Source of the DNA: Nemertoderma westbladi
Lineage: Eukaryota > Animalia > Xenacoelomorpha
Reading direction: 5' to 3'
Length of the DNA stretch: 53,750 nucleotides
Assembly: GCA_032718475.1 (NCBI GenBank)
Contig: JAUCBJ010002582.1
Coordinates: forward strand, 1 to 53,750
Below, one piece after another: positions 1 to 11,065 of the stretch. Made by a program: the position numbers and the translations under genes. The notes below the pieces were generated by a model. The model did not search any database, was not told the DNA's origin, and saw only the letters and a list, made by a program, of their open reading frames with translations. Position 1 is the first letter of the stretch, and each line of letters begins with the position of its first letter.

Positions 1-1249
1 ATGGGTAACTAGGGCAACCTTCCCAAGCAGGCTGGCCAATCGAACAGCTCAGATCCCTCCTAAAGGATTCCAACGCCTTGGAGGGGGGAACTGGTTAGCA
101 AAGAAAACAAATCAGTCATATCCCAGAAAAACCTTTACAGTAGGTTTCAGAGTATTTTAGCGTATGGGGGAAAAACTGGGTTGCGGGGCGAAGGGCCAGT
201 TACATCCCACAGAAGCTTTTACAGATAGTGTTAAACGTACCGGTAACTTGGGATAAATATCCCCGACTGAATATGAATCTCTTTATTACGCATCAAACAC
301 ATAGTAGAGTAGAGTAAAATAAAGTATCACTTCCTCAAATTAAACGACACTATATTCCAGGATAGTTAATAATAATTCCCCTAAATAATATCAGTTCCTC
401 ATTATATTGAAGTCGTAATATTAATTTATCTCAGCATATTGATATTATGTATCAATAACCTAGTTGTCTATTAAATCCAAGACAGTAAGAAGCGAATACT
501 GTTAAGGTATATTGACACGCATATTGTCTTACTTGAGATCCTCCGAAAGGGCCGATATGTCTTCGGGGGATTCAGACAGGAGTCCCGCTGGTTTAGGCAG
601 GATAATAAACATAGCATGATGGTTCTTAAAGAATAAGCGGCCGCCCCAACTCCAAGTCCAGCAGTAGCTTCATCTCTACATCAGATAAATAACTAATTTT
701 ACTCTCCTTCGTGAATTTCGATGGACGATGGACGGTTTCTTTTTAATGGCGGTCTCCGAGGAATTTGAGGTATTTAGCACACTGAAGTCGGAACAGATTC
801 CGGGGGTACTGAATATATCGCCAGTATAAATGTACAAATGTTAGTGGAAGCGGAAGGCCCTGGTGTCATCTGTTCTGTAGAAGACCCCTGACTGCCTGAC
901 GAGTCGAACTAAGTAAGTGCCATTGTAGACCGAGCGCGCGAGCGGCATCTATACACACAGCACTTTCCAACTATAACTGTTACGGCCTGCATACAGATTC
1001 AGATACTATGTCCAGACCAAGATTAGGCCCCCGAGGAGCCGTGGCTACCAGCCGCCAGCCCGGGTAGAGGTGATAATAAATAGTCAAATAATAACAGGTA
1101 CGGACGTAATTCAATTTCAAGGTAATTAGGTAATATACTGTAATAATGATAAGGCATTAGTAACACAGTAACAGGATAATGCAGTCAGCACTCAGTAGTA
1201 AATGTAATGCCTAACACAGTAGTCAGGTAGTGCAGTCCAATACCACAAT

Positions 1250-2118
1250 TTTATAAACCTTGCCAATGAAATCAGTACAATTCTAAAACCTCAATAGCCA
1301 AACTATAAGACCAAATTTACCACTTTTGGCTATTTTAAAATTTCGAGCTACTTGTAATTTTGGTGCTCTTTTAGTGTCTATTATAAAATAAACAATGACA
1401 ATTTTGCTTCTAATCTTCCTTTCGATAATAATTAATTCAACAAAACAAAAAAGGTTATGGTTTAATGGTTTAAAGAAAAAAAAAGGTTTAATGGTTATAC
1501 CAAAGTCTTGAAGGGTGGTGTATTTTGAGTAATTTTATCATTTCCGAAAAGTGCTGATATGGTATGTGTGCCAGGAACTCCTCATATCTCGAAAACTACT
1601 GGAGATATTAAATTTTTATTTGTCTCATCTGAAAGAGGACATAATTTTAGTTAGGGAAAAGTAATTTCGACGCGCTAGACATATTGTTTCAGGGGTTCTA
1701 TCTAAGAGAAATAACTGGGCCACTAACTTTAGGGGCTTTGCAGCAGCTTGGCGGGTCGTATCTATAGTAGGTCATGTCCCCACAAATAAATAAAATTAAA
1801 TTCTCCATTGTTCATAATTAGCACTTTAAAGTTTTACTGCCCATGTTTTATTATTTCCCTGCCATCAGGTCTCGAACTAATAACACAGTACCCTGTCGGT
1901 CGACTGGCTATAATTTTGCACTTTCTATCACAAATTTAGGGATAGAAAGTTGGTGAACGTGAAAGATGCACTTTCTTGCTCTGTTTTCTACAAATTTTAG
2001 TGAGAAAAAATGTGAACTTTTCAGATAAAAATATTTTTTTTCACAGGAATAACACGCTGAGAAAAAATGACCCGAATTATCGGCTGGCCCAAACGCGCCT
2101 TATATGCCTTAAGGTTAA
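1250..2118. mobile_element. Possible non-autonomous DNA transposon remnant with a piggyBac-like right end
   Basis: Ends ...GCCTTAAGGTTAA (AGG followed by TTAA) at ~2118. No matching left end was found, so the left boundary is a guess. Confidence 0.25.
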
Positions 2119-2144
2119 TCCGGCACTGCTAAATTTGTAGGAAG

Positions 2145-2335
2145 TGGCTTCCAGATTGTTAGTAATACCGCTTTCTTTGAGGATAGATCGGAGACTGGAA
2201 TGGCTGAGAACAGTTCATTGCTGACAAGGTATCAGGGTGGTTGGATATCTTCAGCTTACGTTGGGGTTATCCGTTATATTCAGGCCGTATGGGACTGCAC
2301 CCAGAACAACAGATGGTGTGTGGTGCCTGGAGATC
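2145..2335 (+). mobile_element. Internally deleted copy of the degraded retroelement fragment at 26575-27310 (shared 3' flank of Rab copies A and D)
   Basis: TGGCTT(C/T)CAGATTGTTAGT, AACAGTTCATTGCTGACAAGGTATC and TGTGTGGTGCCTGGAGAT occur both here and at 26574-27308. Confidence 0.6.
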
Positions 2336-2741
2336 AACAATTATATTCATGTTATATGTTATTGTATTATTTTAATAATTTAACACTTATATATACTTAT
2401 AAATATTAATCAATTGTTTCTTGAAAATTGATAATAGATACATTGTAGAAATGATTAAAAAAAATCATTTAATATAAATAAATAAATAAAATAAAGATCA
2501 CTAATTATTTTTATTTATTTTTGTGGAATTAATTTCACACTACGAAATCGCCCGGGCGGCATATTTTCCAGCTTTATAACACAGTGCGACATAATATCTC
2601 ACTTCCCTACGCCATACAAATCCTACATACATTCCCCACAAATAAATATAATTAGATTCGCCATTGTTCATAATTTAGCACATTAAATATTTTACGGCCC
2701 TCGTTCTATTATTTCCGTACCGTAATGCTATAATGTGCCAT

Positions 2742-3710
2742 TATAACGAACCTGCCTATTAATAGGCCAGGGTAGTACTTGTTATTGTCAAGAGTTAAGC
2801 CGTTCAAAAACACGATGTGGTAGGGTGTATGTGTGTGTGTATAACCATCCAATATCTCTAAAACTCAAGCAGGTACGCAAAAATTTTAATAACAAACTCT
2901 AAATAAATTTTGGTTGCGCACAAGACTGTATATTTTTTGTGGCGTTTCGATCACGGGGTCACTGAAAAATTGCGGTTTTGAAAATTTAATGTCGAATTTC
3001 TCCGATTTCAACTCGTCGAGTATGTACCAACTTTTAGCTGGCTTTCTAGTATGAACAATGACGTAGTTAATACCTAATACATCCTTAGTTAGCATAATAA
3101 AAACATCGGAGCAACCAATATAATGTACATGTACAAGTCTCCTATGAAAGTTTGTGAAATCTTCCATAAAGCAACCACCATTGGTACCCGTCTGACACCC
3201 TGGTTCAGTTTCCTGGTTTTGTTAGTTTAATCGACAGCTGTTGTAAACATCCCAGATATACAAAACCTAATAAGACTTTACATTACAATTGAGCTTGGCC
3301 TGAGTTGACAATAGGTCCTATAGATAGATACATACGATATATAAATGATGTACTGCTTGACATTATACTAACTGACTGAATAGAGATAGAACAATAATTA
3401 ACGATATAATAATTAATGTAATTAACTCCAATTGACAATATGTAGTGAAAAGTTGTTCAGCGTCAAAATGTAGTTGTGGGTATTTAATTTCGCGTTCCAT
3501 AATGTTGATAATATGCTAATATTTCTAATATCGCAAATCGAATCGTTCGCAACTTTTTTATTCAACAACTAGATACTAATTGATAAATAGTCGCGTTTAC
3601 AATTTTTGAGATAATGGATGGTTATACACACATACACACACATCGTGTTTTTGAACGGCTCAACTATTGACAAGAACTACCCAGTCCAGTCTGAAGACAG
3701 GTTCGTTATT
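2742..3710. mobile_element. ~970-bp non-autonomous element with ~120-bp imperfect inverted ends (foldback or Helentron-like), ending 35 bp past the Rab A stop codon
   Basis: ATAACGAACCTG...GCCGTTCAAAAACACGATGTG...GTGTGTATAACCATCC (2743-2850) is inverted at 3615-3709 (GGATGGTTATACACAC...CATCGTGTTTTTGAACGGC...CAGGTTCGTTAT). Confidence 0.7.
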
Positions 3711-3744
3711 AAATAAAGATAAATAAACCAAAGGGGACGACCAA

Positions 3745-4353
3745 TCACAATACTGTGCATGTGCAATTCAATTTGATCTTTCGTTTACGTTTAGCGGCCG
3801 ATGCAGCCAGCTGTACCTTTTTATGGTTATGAAGAGCAATCTCCGCAATCCGATGAAACACTTTCTCGACATTAATATTTTCCTTCGCACTAGTCTCATA
3901 GAATTCTATGCCGTTCTGTTCTGCATACGAGTTGGCGTCGTCGAATTCAACAACCCGAGCGTCCGGCCCGCAGTCGCATTTGTTGCCGACCAACAATATG
4001 CCAATGTTGTTGTCACAATTCTGTGCTATTTCGTTAATCCATCTTTTAACGCTAATAAATGTGTGAGCGTTCGTGATGTCATACACGACGATAACACCGT
4101 GCGCACCGCGGTACCAAGTGGATGTTATTATGCGAAAGCACTCCAATCCAGCTGTATCCCAAATCTGCAGTTTTACCTTTTCACCTTCCGGCATTACAAT
4201 TTTTGTGACATTGTAATCAACACCGATTGTTGGCATAGGAGAGACTGTAAAAGTATCATTAACAAAACGTCTGAGAAGATTGCTTTTACCAACAGGAGAA
4301 TCACCAACAATTATCAGTTTAAACATATAATCATAACCCTTATCAGTGGCCAT
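3745..4353 (-). CDS. Rab35: Rab35-like small GTPase, copy A (202 aa, intronless; G3 reads DTAGL; C-terminus KRKRKIKLNCTCTVL)
   Basis: G1 GDSPVGKS, G2 PTIGVDY, G3 WDTAGLE, G4 GNKCD, G5 ETSAK. Rab35-type signatures GEKVKLQIW, YRGAHGVIVVYD, VKRWINEIAQNC and SAKENINVE. It is a divergent paralog, not necessarily the true ortholog. Confidence 0.9.
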   Translation of the reverse strand: MATDKGYDYMFKLIIVGDSPVGKSNLLRRFVNDTFTVSPMPTIGVDYNVTKIVMPEGEKVKLQIWDTAGLECFRIITSTWYRGAHGVIVVYDITNAHTFISVKRWINEIAQNCDNNIGILLVGNKCDCGPDARVVEFDDANSYAEQNGIEFYETSAKENINVEKVFHRIAEIALHNHKKVQLAASAAKRKRKIKLNCTCTVL

Positions 4354-4599
4354 TACCAGATCGATGGTATAGGATTATTACAAATTCACTACTACCATAG
4401 TTTCCACTACTACAAGAATGTATAGGTTTGCTAAATCAATAACATAATTGAACTTAATTTTATTATTTTTTTGTAAGATTGAATCCTCTAACCACGTTAA
4501 ATTAAATCTACAATTTATATACCGGTACTACAGTAGTAGAAATCCATTTATTGGATTTATTTATTCTCGGGAAATACCTGATGAACGTGAGATGTAGGA

Positions 4600-4849
4600 G
4601 ATCCCAACCAACGCGGACGCGTGACGGGGATGCGTCAAGCGTTAAGCGTCAAAAGCAATAAGAGGGGAGCGGGATTTTTAAATATTAATTTTTAAACTGA
4701 AATTCAAAATGGATGCTGAGGATTTACTGCTGCTTGCAGTCATTAACCGCAGAAGAAACAGAAAAAACCGTCGTTTCTGGATACATCCCTTGTGGTCTCG
4801 TTTCTGGATACATCCCTTGTGGTCTCGTTTCTGGATACATCCATTGTGA
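4600..4849 (+). mobile_element. 5' fragment of a PIF/Harbinger-type transposase gene
   Basis: ATG at 4709 reads MDAEDLLLLAVINRRRNRKNRRFWIHPLWS. A hydrophobic patch, then an Arg-rich run, then W(V/I)HP is the typical N-terminus of animal Harbinger transposases. The ORF runs into the 27-bp array and stops in the third unit. Confidence 0.6.
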
Positions 4850-6120
4850 TATCGTTTCTGGATACATCCCTTGTGGTCTCGTTTTTGGATACATCCCTTG
4901 TGGTCTCGTTTCTGGATACATCCCTTGTGGTCTCGTTTCTGGATACATCCCTTGTGGTCTCGTTTCTGGATACATCCCTTGTGGTCTCGTTTCTGGATAC
5001 ATCCCTTGTGGTCTCGTTTCTGGATACATCCCTTGTGGTCTCGTTTCTGGATACATCCCTTTTGGTCTCGTTTCTGGATACATCCCTTGTGGTCTCGTTT
5101 CTGGATACATCCCTTGTGGTCTCGTTTCTGGATACATCCATTGTGGTCTCGTTTCTGGATACATCCCTTGTGGTCTCGTTTCTGGATACATCCCTTGTGG
5201 TCTCGTTTCTGGATACATCCCTTGTGGTCTCGTTTCTGGATACATCCCATGTAGTCTCGTTTCTGGATACATCCCTTGTGGTCTCGTTTCTGGATACATC
5301 CCTTGTGGTCTCGTTTCTGGATACATCCCTTGTGGTCTCGTTTCTGGGTACATCCCTTGTGGTCTCGTTTCTGGATACATCCCTTGTGGTCTCGTTTCTG
5401 GATACATCCCTTGTGGTCTCGTTTCTGGATACATCCCTTGTGGTCTCGTTTCTGGATACATCCCTTGTGGTCTCGTTTCTGGATACATCCCATGTAGTCT
5501 CGTTTCTGGATACATCCCTTGTGGTCTCGTTTCTGGATACATCCCTTGTGGTCTCGTTTCTGGATACATCCCTTGTGGTCTCGTTTCTGGATACATCCCA
5601 TGGAGTCTCGTTTCTGGATACATCCCTTGTGGTCTCGTTTCTGGATACATCCCTTGTGGTCTCGTTTCTGGATACATCCCTTGTGGTCTCGTTTCTGGGT
5701 ACATCCCTTGTGGTCTCGTTTCTGGGTACATCCCTTGTGGTCTCGTTTCTGGATACATCCCTTGTGGTCTCGTTTCTGGATACATCCCTTGTGGTCTCGT
5801 TTCTGGATACATCCCTTGTGGTCTCGTTTCTGGATACATCCCTTGTGGTCTCGTTTCTGGATACATCCCATGTAGTCTCGTTTCTGGATACATCCCTTGT
5901 GGTCTCGTTTCTGGATACATCCCTTGTGGTCTCGTTTCTGGATACATCCCATGTAGTCTCGTTTCTGGATACATCCCTTGTGGTCTCGTTTCTGGATACA
6001 TCCCTTGTGGTCTCGTTTCTGGATACATCCCTTGTGGTCTCGTTTCTGGATACATCCCTTGTGGTCTCGTTTCTGGATACATCCCTTGTGGTCTCGTTTC
6101 TGGATACATCCCTTGTGGTC
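4770..6120. repeat. 27-bp tandem minisatellite, ~50 copies, consensus TCGTTTCTGGATACATCCCTTGTGGTC
   Basis: Read directly; very homogeneous, with recurrent variants (CCCATGTAG, CTGGGTACA). It explains the overlapping repetitive ORFs in all six frames. Confidence 0.98.
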
Positions 6121-7429
6121 ATGCAGACCAGCAATGGGAGACTACTTTGTGCAATAGACCAAGCTGCCTATATGGGAACCACCATTACCGTTCCTCCTGG
6201 TATCCATCAAGAACGAAAGTGAACAGGTGGCGACCTACAAATGGCTCAGCAGAACTCTCAACATTTCACTGTCGGAGAACACCGAGTGGACAATATGATC
6301 CTGCTATCACTGCTCCAATCTCGCACTCGCTATTAATTGAATACTATTGCGATGTCTATATTTTATTTCTGTGCCGTAATCCGAATTTTGTATATAAATT
6401 ACCGCTTGGGAATTATTTATTACTGAAAGTGAAATAGTTTTTATTATTAAAAACTTAATACGCAAAATAATATTTTGCGGATTAAGTATTTTGTAGAACC
6501 AAACAATAACTATGTAAATAATGTGATGTATTGTCTTACAATTTAGCAGCTTTAGAAATATTTTCTGTCTACTGATTAGGAGTTTATATAGAGGATAGAG
6601 TCAAGTCAGTGGAATTATCTCTTGTATTTTATCATCATATTAATATCCAAATATAGTCTGCGATAGATAATAAATCAATGAGCTCACATGGGGTAGGATA
6701 ATTACCAGACAATAGTAAAAGAGATAATTATAATATTGTGTCAGTGTCTGCGAACTATTATATTAGCATGCGTTGTTTGGACTGGACGCAAAACCACGCC
6801 TCATTGTTAAATTCTCAATTTAGGGAAAGGAGCAGGTTACAGTGGAACGTTATTTTAACCAAAACAATAAACTAAACACAATAGAACAGGTTACAGTTTC
6901 GTTTTTGCTCGTAAACAGGAAACCGCTGTTATTTGCGTCCAATTTCCCCTGGTGAGTTTAGGGTCTGTGGCAGCCCTAACGCCTCCGATTTTAGTAAAGA
7001 CTCGGGGTTAAATTTGTATTGCGTCCAGTTCCCCCCCCCCCCCCCCCCCCCTATCTGTATTAAGGCAACAATAAAAAGCGCAAATAACTTAAACTTCATG
7101 ATTTGAGAAACCAAGATACTAAAAAACAGCTGACGTTTCGATTTATTTAACAATAATCATTATCAAAGCAAAAACAAATACCTGAAAATTAGTGAAAGAC
7201 AGTGCTAAATACAAAATACAATATCTGTATTGTTTAGAGGGTGTGTGAGGTGCCCGGAGACCAACAAATTCATTTCACGATCTGGCTGAAACCCTGATTT
7301 AAGGTGTAGTCGAGTTTTGGAGCCTTTTTGGCTATCACTCCCTCGGGATTCGCTTAATGCAAGAAGTCACATTGTACCTCATTGCCGTAATCTAATATTT
7401 GTCACGAACCACTATTATTCATACGTCTA

Positions 7430-7960
7430 CATTCTTATGCATTTTGATTGCACCAACGAACCTTTCGGTCGACTTGGACCCTTAGATACGGCTTGTATTC
7501 CCAAGTAGGATGCGCCATCGCTCCATCGGGATTGATGAAGAACCACTGGTTATGACACAGGCCTTTACAATGGAATTATCTGAACTATTAACATGAGAGA
7601 AAATGTAAAATATATTTGAACGTAATACAGATTTAAAGGTATTAACTCTATTAAACACAATTATAGTGTTGGCATCATCCGTTCCAGAATATTTGAAAAG
7701 AAGGTGGAATGATGTATTACATGATACTTTCAGTTTACGTAGATTTTCTACTAACAGCAGTAAATGCTATAACAGAAACATAACGTTTTAAATAATGCCA
7801 GTTTAACTAAGTCTTAACAAAGTCTACATCCTCGCCATTAGAGGCAACCGAGTTGAAAATGTTATTATATTTCGTTTGAAAAATATCAGCAATATCATCG
7901 CAACTGGTTGCCTTACCAACAGTAGTTAGTACGTGGTGTAGTTTTAATACTATTTTGTTT
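7430..7960 (-). mobile_element. Internally deleted copy of the RTE-X-like LINE fragment at 19105-20640
   Basis: Matches 19120-19470 and then jumps to 20497-20640. Confidence 0.7.
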
Positions 7961-8339
7961 TTTTACATATGTAAATAATTAGTCAGTCTTTTACTTAATT
8001 AATTGTACCGCCTCATTTTCACGGGACTGTTTACACTAGTGAATTATATAAATGATCATTTGCTGTCAGGAAATGAACGAATCAGTGAATTAGGGCGCTA
8101 CCGGAAAAAAGAGGCATATAAAAGAGGCATATTCAAGCGTCCTTCACTATGAAGGTGAACTATAGCGCACTTACGTTTGCGTATGTCACTCAGGGGAATT
8201 TATTGCCAAACATCCGACACTGTAATAAAATCTTATGACACTAAAATTGTGGGTAAAACCATTTTCGTTCAAATGCGCTAACACATTGGTTTATCTTTAA
8301 ACCATGGGAAATCACAGGTATTCGCCCCTCACGGTGCTG

Positions 8340-9580
8340 ACCGAAAGCCCAACTCACTCCGACAGTCAATCCCAGTCATTTCAAGCGCTCTAACTCTGTT
8401 AGGGTCTCCCATCGGCCCTCAGCCATACTGCCATGAGGTTGTTTTGCAATGTGTAAGCAAAGTGAGTGATATCATTGCCCGATTACCTGACTTAAAAGAC
8501 TAAAAGATTAAAATACTTCCTGTTATGATAGTGTCTGTCATACCAAAGGTCGTGTTTGCTCTCTCCTCCAAATTACATATGTCTGACTCCTCTGAGTTTG
8601 ACGCCAAACTCAAGGAGGCCTTGTCATATATAGTTGGTGGTAGTAGCTGGCTCAAAGCATCCCGTCCATCTTCAATGGGTGGCCTAGGTCTACGTAAGAC
8701 TGCAGATCACACCCCAACAGCATATGTTGCTTCAGCCCGCCTATCACACAATTTAGTTAACTGAATCCTCAGCCAACGCCCCCTACAGACCCTCACCTTA
8801 TTACAGCCATATAAAAAGTCTTGCCTGTGCAGAGGAGAACCCTGAATGGTCATTATCAGATAGGCTTCCTTCTCCTCTGACGCAACGCGCACTGTCTCAT
8901 GCCATTGACACGGCAAACCATGACCATTTAATATCCATAGCTCCAAACACCCGTTCCATTGCTCTGTGCAACTCCACCTCATTAACTCATGCCGAAGATT
9001 AGCCACACGTCATCCTATCTGCTCTACTTGGCCTTCACATATTGTGGATAGGGAATATCACACTTACCTGGAATGCCTGCAATACTGGCTGGGAATACGT
9101 ATGTCTTCTGAACCATCATCCTGCCCTGTCTGTGGGTTAGCATCGGACAATTTTGGGGACCATAACATCGGTTGTGGTGGACCTGACGACCGCATCAGCC
9201 GTCACGACTCTCTCAGGGATGCAATCTTCTCTGCAGTACAATCAGGCATTGTTGTATCCCGCAGCCGCCCAGCTGATGTATATATTCCCAACTGGCGCAG
9301 ATGTCAAGGTCAACCTATGGCCCTGGATGTTACAGTTATCTCTAGTCTCCAGGCACTCACTATTCAAGGATGAGCCCGCCACCCGGGCCATGCTCTCACA
9401 GTTGCTAGGGAACGCAAGACAGCCGCCCACACAGCAGACTGCCATTCCTCTGGGGAGGGGTTCACCCCACTTGTAGTCAAAGCGATATTCCAGCGCCTGT
9501 CATTCTATCTGTAACGCCGCAATATGGCTCCACCGCTTAACCACAGTCTAACCATTAATAGACGGAGTACAGTAAATGTA
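8340..9580 (+). mobile_element. Degraded 3' portion of a CRE-clade non-LTR retrotransposon (post-RT region, CCHC finger, restriction-like endonuclease)
   Basis: WLKASRPSSMGGLGLR (LPxxxGGLG motif), CPVC...GDHNIGC zinc knuckle, SRHDSLRD, RPADVYIPNW...ALDVTVIS (PD..D RLE). It has frameshifts and stops. Confidence 0.8.
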
Positions 9581-10160
9581 ATGAATGCCCCACGTGTTTA
9601 CATTTGTGTTCAACTCTCGTGCTTTTTTTTTACACAAAATAATAATTTAGGTGCTCCCTATTAATTTTGTATATAATTAATATTATATATATATTATATA
9701 TTTTTATATATTTTTATTTATTTATTATATATTATATATATTATATAATTAATTCTCGCTCTCACCATTATTTTCGCTGTGTAAAGTAAAATTATTTAAC
9801 GTAGTGCTTGTGCCTTCAACTTAATTTGTAAACATAAACATTAACATCGGTGCTTATGTATTCTGATTACGAGTGAATATTTATTTATTATTGAATTATT
9901 AAAAAAATTGAAAAAAGTTTTGAAAAAAATTAATTATAAGCAAATAACTATATTAATTTGTTTGGTGGTATACATTAGAGAAAGTTTAATTTTAAACTCA
10001 AATATTCGCGATATCTCTTTTAAATGACATGATATAGGCCTAATACAACATATAAAATAGAAAAACAAGTTAATTAAAATTAATTTAGAGTTTATTAAAA
10101 TAAACTCAATCTAATTAATATAGTCGAAATATTGTCAGCAATGAATCTATTGGGCATCTA

Positions 10161-10772
10161 TTATGATACTGTGCAGTTCAAATTGCTATTTCGTTTAGGT
10201 TTAGCGGCCGATGCAGCCAGCAGTACCTTTTTATGGTTATTTAGAGCAATCTCTGCAATCCGATGAAACACTTTCTCGACATTAATATTCTCCTTCGCAC
10301 TAGTCTCATAGAATTCTATGCCCTTCTGTTCTGCATACGACTTGGCGTTGTTGAATTCAACAACCCGAGCGTCCGGCCCGCGGTCGCATTTGTTGCCAAC
10401 CAACAATTTGGCCACGTTTTTCCCACAATAATGCGATATTACTTTGAGCCATCTCTTTTCAATGCTACCGAATGTTTCAGCCCTTGTGACGTCATACACA
10501 ACAATAACACCGTGAAAAAAATCAAAGGTCGGAAATAGTAGGCTGAATGGTGGGCGCCCACTTCCATTTAATATATAAACTTTAAGTTCCACTTTTTCAC
10601 AACTCGACATTAAAATTGTTGCGCTCATTAAATCCACAATCCCCCTTGTTGGAGGTAGAGTTTCTATAAAAGTGTTATTATTAAAACGACGGAAAAGACT
10701 GGTTTTGCCAACAAGATTGTTTCCAACAATCATCAGTTTAAGCGAATAATCATAATCCTTCTCAGTGGCCAT
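10161..10772 (-). CDS. Highly divergent Rab35-like GTPase, copy B (203 aa; G3 degenerate, possible pseudo-GTPase; C-terminus KPKRNSNLNCTVS)
   Basis: G1 GNNLVGKTS, G4 GNKCD and G5 ETSAK are retained. WDTAGQ is replaced by YILNGS and switch II is unrecognisable. The C-terminal half is nearly identical to the other copies and the ORF is uninterrupted. Confidence 0.85.
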   Translation of the reverse strand: MATEKDYDYSLKLMIVGNNLVGKTSLFRRFNNNTFIETLPPTRGIVDLMSATILMSSCEKVELKVYILNGSGRPPFSLLFPTFDFFHGVIVVYDVTRAETFGSIEKRWLKVISHYCGKNVAKLLVGNKCDRGPDARVVEFNNAKSYAEQKGIEFYETSAKENINVEKVFHRIAEIALNNHKKVLLAASAAKPKRNSNLNCTVS

Positions 10773-11065
10773 TATGAGATCGATGGTACAATTGGTACAG
10801 GATTATTACAAGTTTACTACCCTAACTACAGTACCACAACAATAATGTATAGATTTAGGGTCTGATACTGAAATAACTAATATTTTAGAGTTTAATACAG
10901 TACTAAAGAGAGAGACTAAAACTACTGTAGACTTGACTTGACATTCCTGAACCATTGAATTACGATTTTAGGATAAATAGGCATACAGTATATAACAAGA
11001 TTGATGTGGTGTTTATAATAAATCATAGTAAATCTTATCTTAAGCTCAGCGAGTGTTGGACAATG

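Larger units (their letters stand above)
6500..10950. repeat. Segmental duplication unit carrying Rab B; paralogous to ~14230-26440 (carrying Rab C)
   Basis: Collinear shared blocks: 6648-6712/14316-14400, 6797-7424/15268-15656, 7425-8045/19103-20726 (with an internal deletion), 8075-8805/21324-22046, 9140-9670/22062-22275 plus 24928-25270, 9755-10260/25279-25790. Confidence 0.9.

Noticed and set aside
1036-1050. TGGTAGCCACGGCTC on the minus strand as a possible LTR primer-binding site; 540-1060 as a possible gag/ORF1 remnant
   Set aside because: No adjacent LTR end (CA) and no recognisable protein motif; stops in the candidate frame.
3823-4425. 200-aa plus-strand ORF, and similar antisense ORFs over the other Rab, RTE and FReP sequences
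   Set aside because: Antisense shadows of real coding sequence; not conserved as ORFs between the Rab paralogs.
4770-6120. CRISPR-like appearance of regular ~27-45-bp repeats (also 44717-50978)
   Set aside because: Head-to-tail repeats with no unique spacers, no cas genes, and a eukaryotic context.
6134-6300. Peptide LLVSIKNESEQVATYKWLSRTLNISLS, faintly like the post-RT 'VE.V..YKYLG' region of CR1/L2 LINEs
   Set aside because: Too short and degenerate to support a call without a search.
4678-6437. Long ORFs in all six frames (424-574 aa)
   Set aside because: Artefacts of a 27-bp unit (a multiple of 3) that lacks stops in most frames; there is no non-repetitive domain. Only the short Harbinger-like N-terminus is meaningful.
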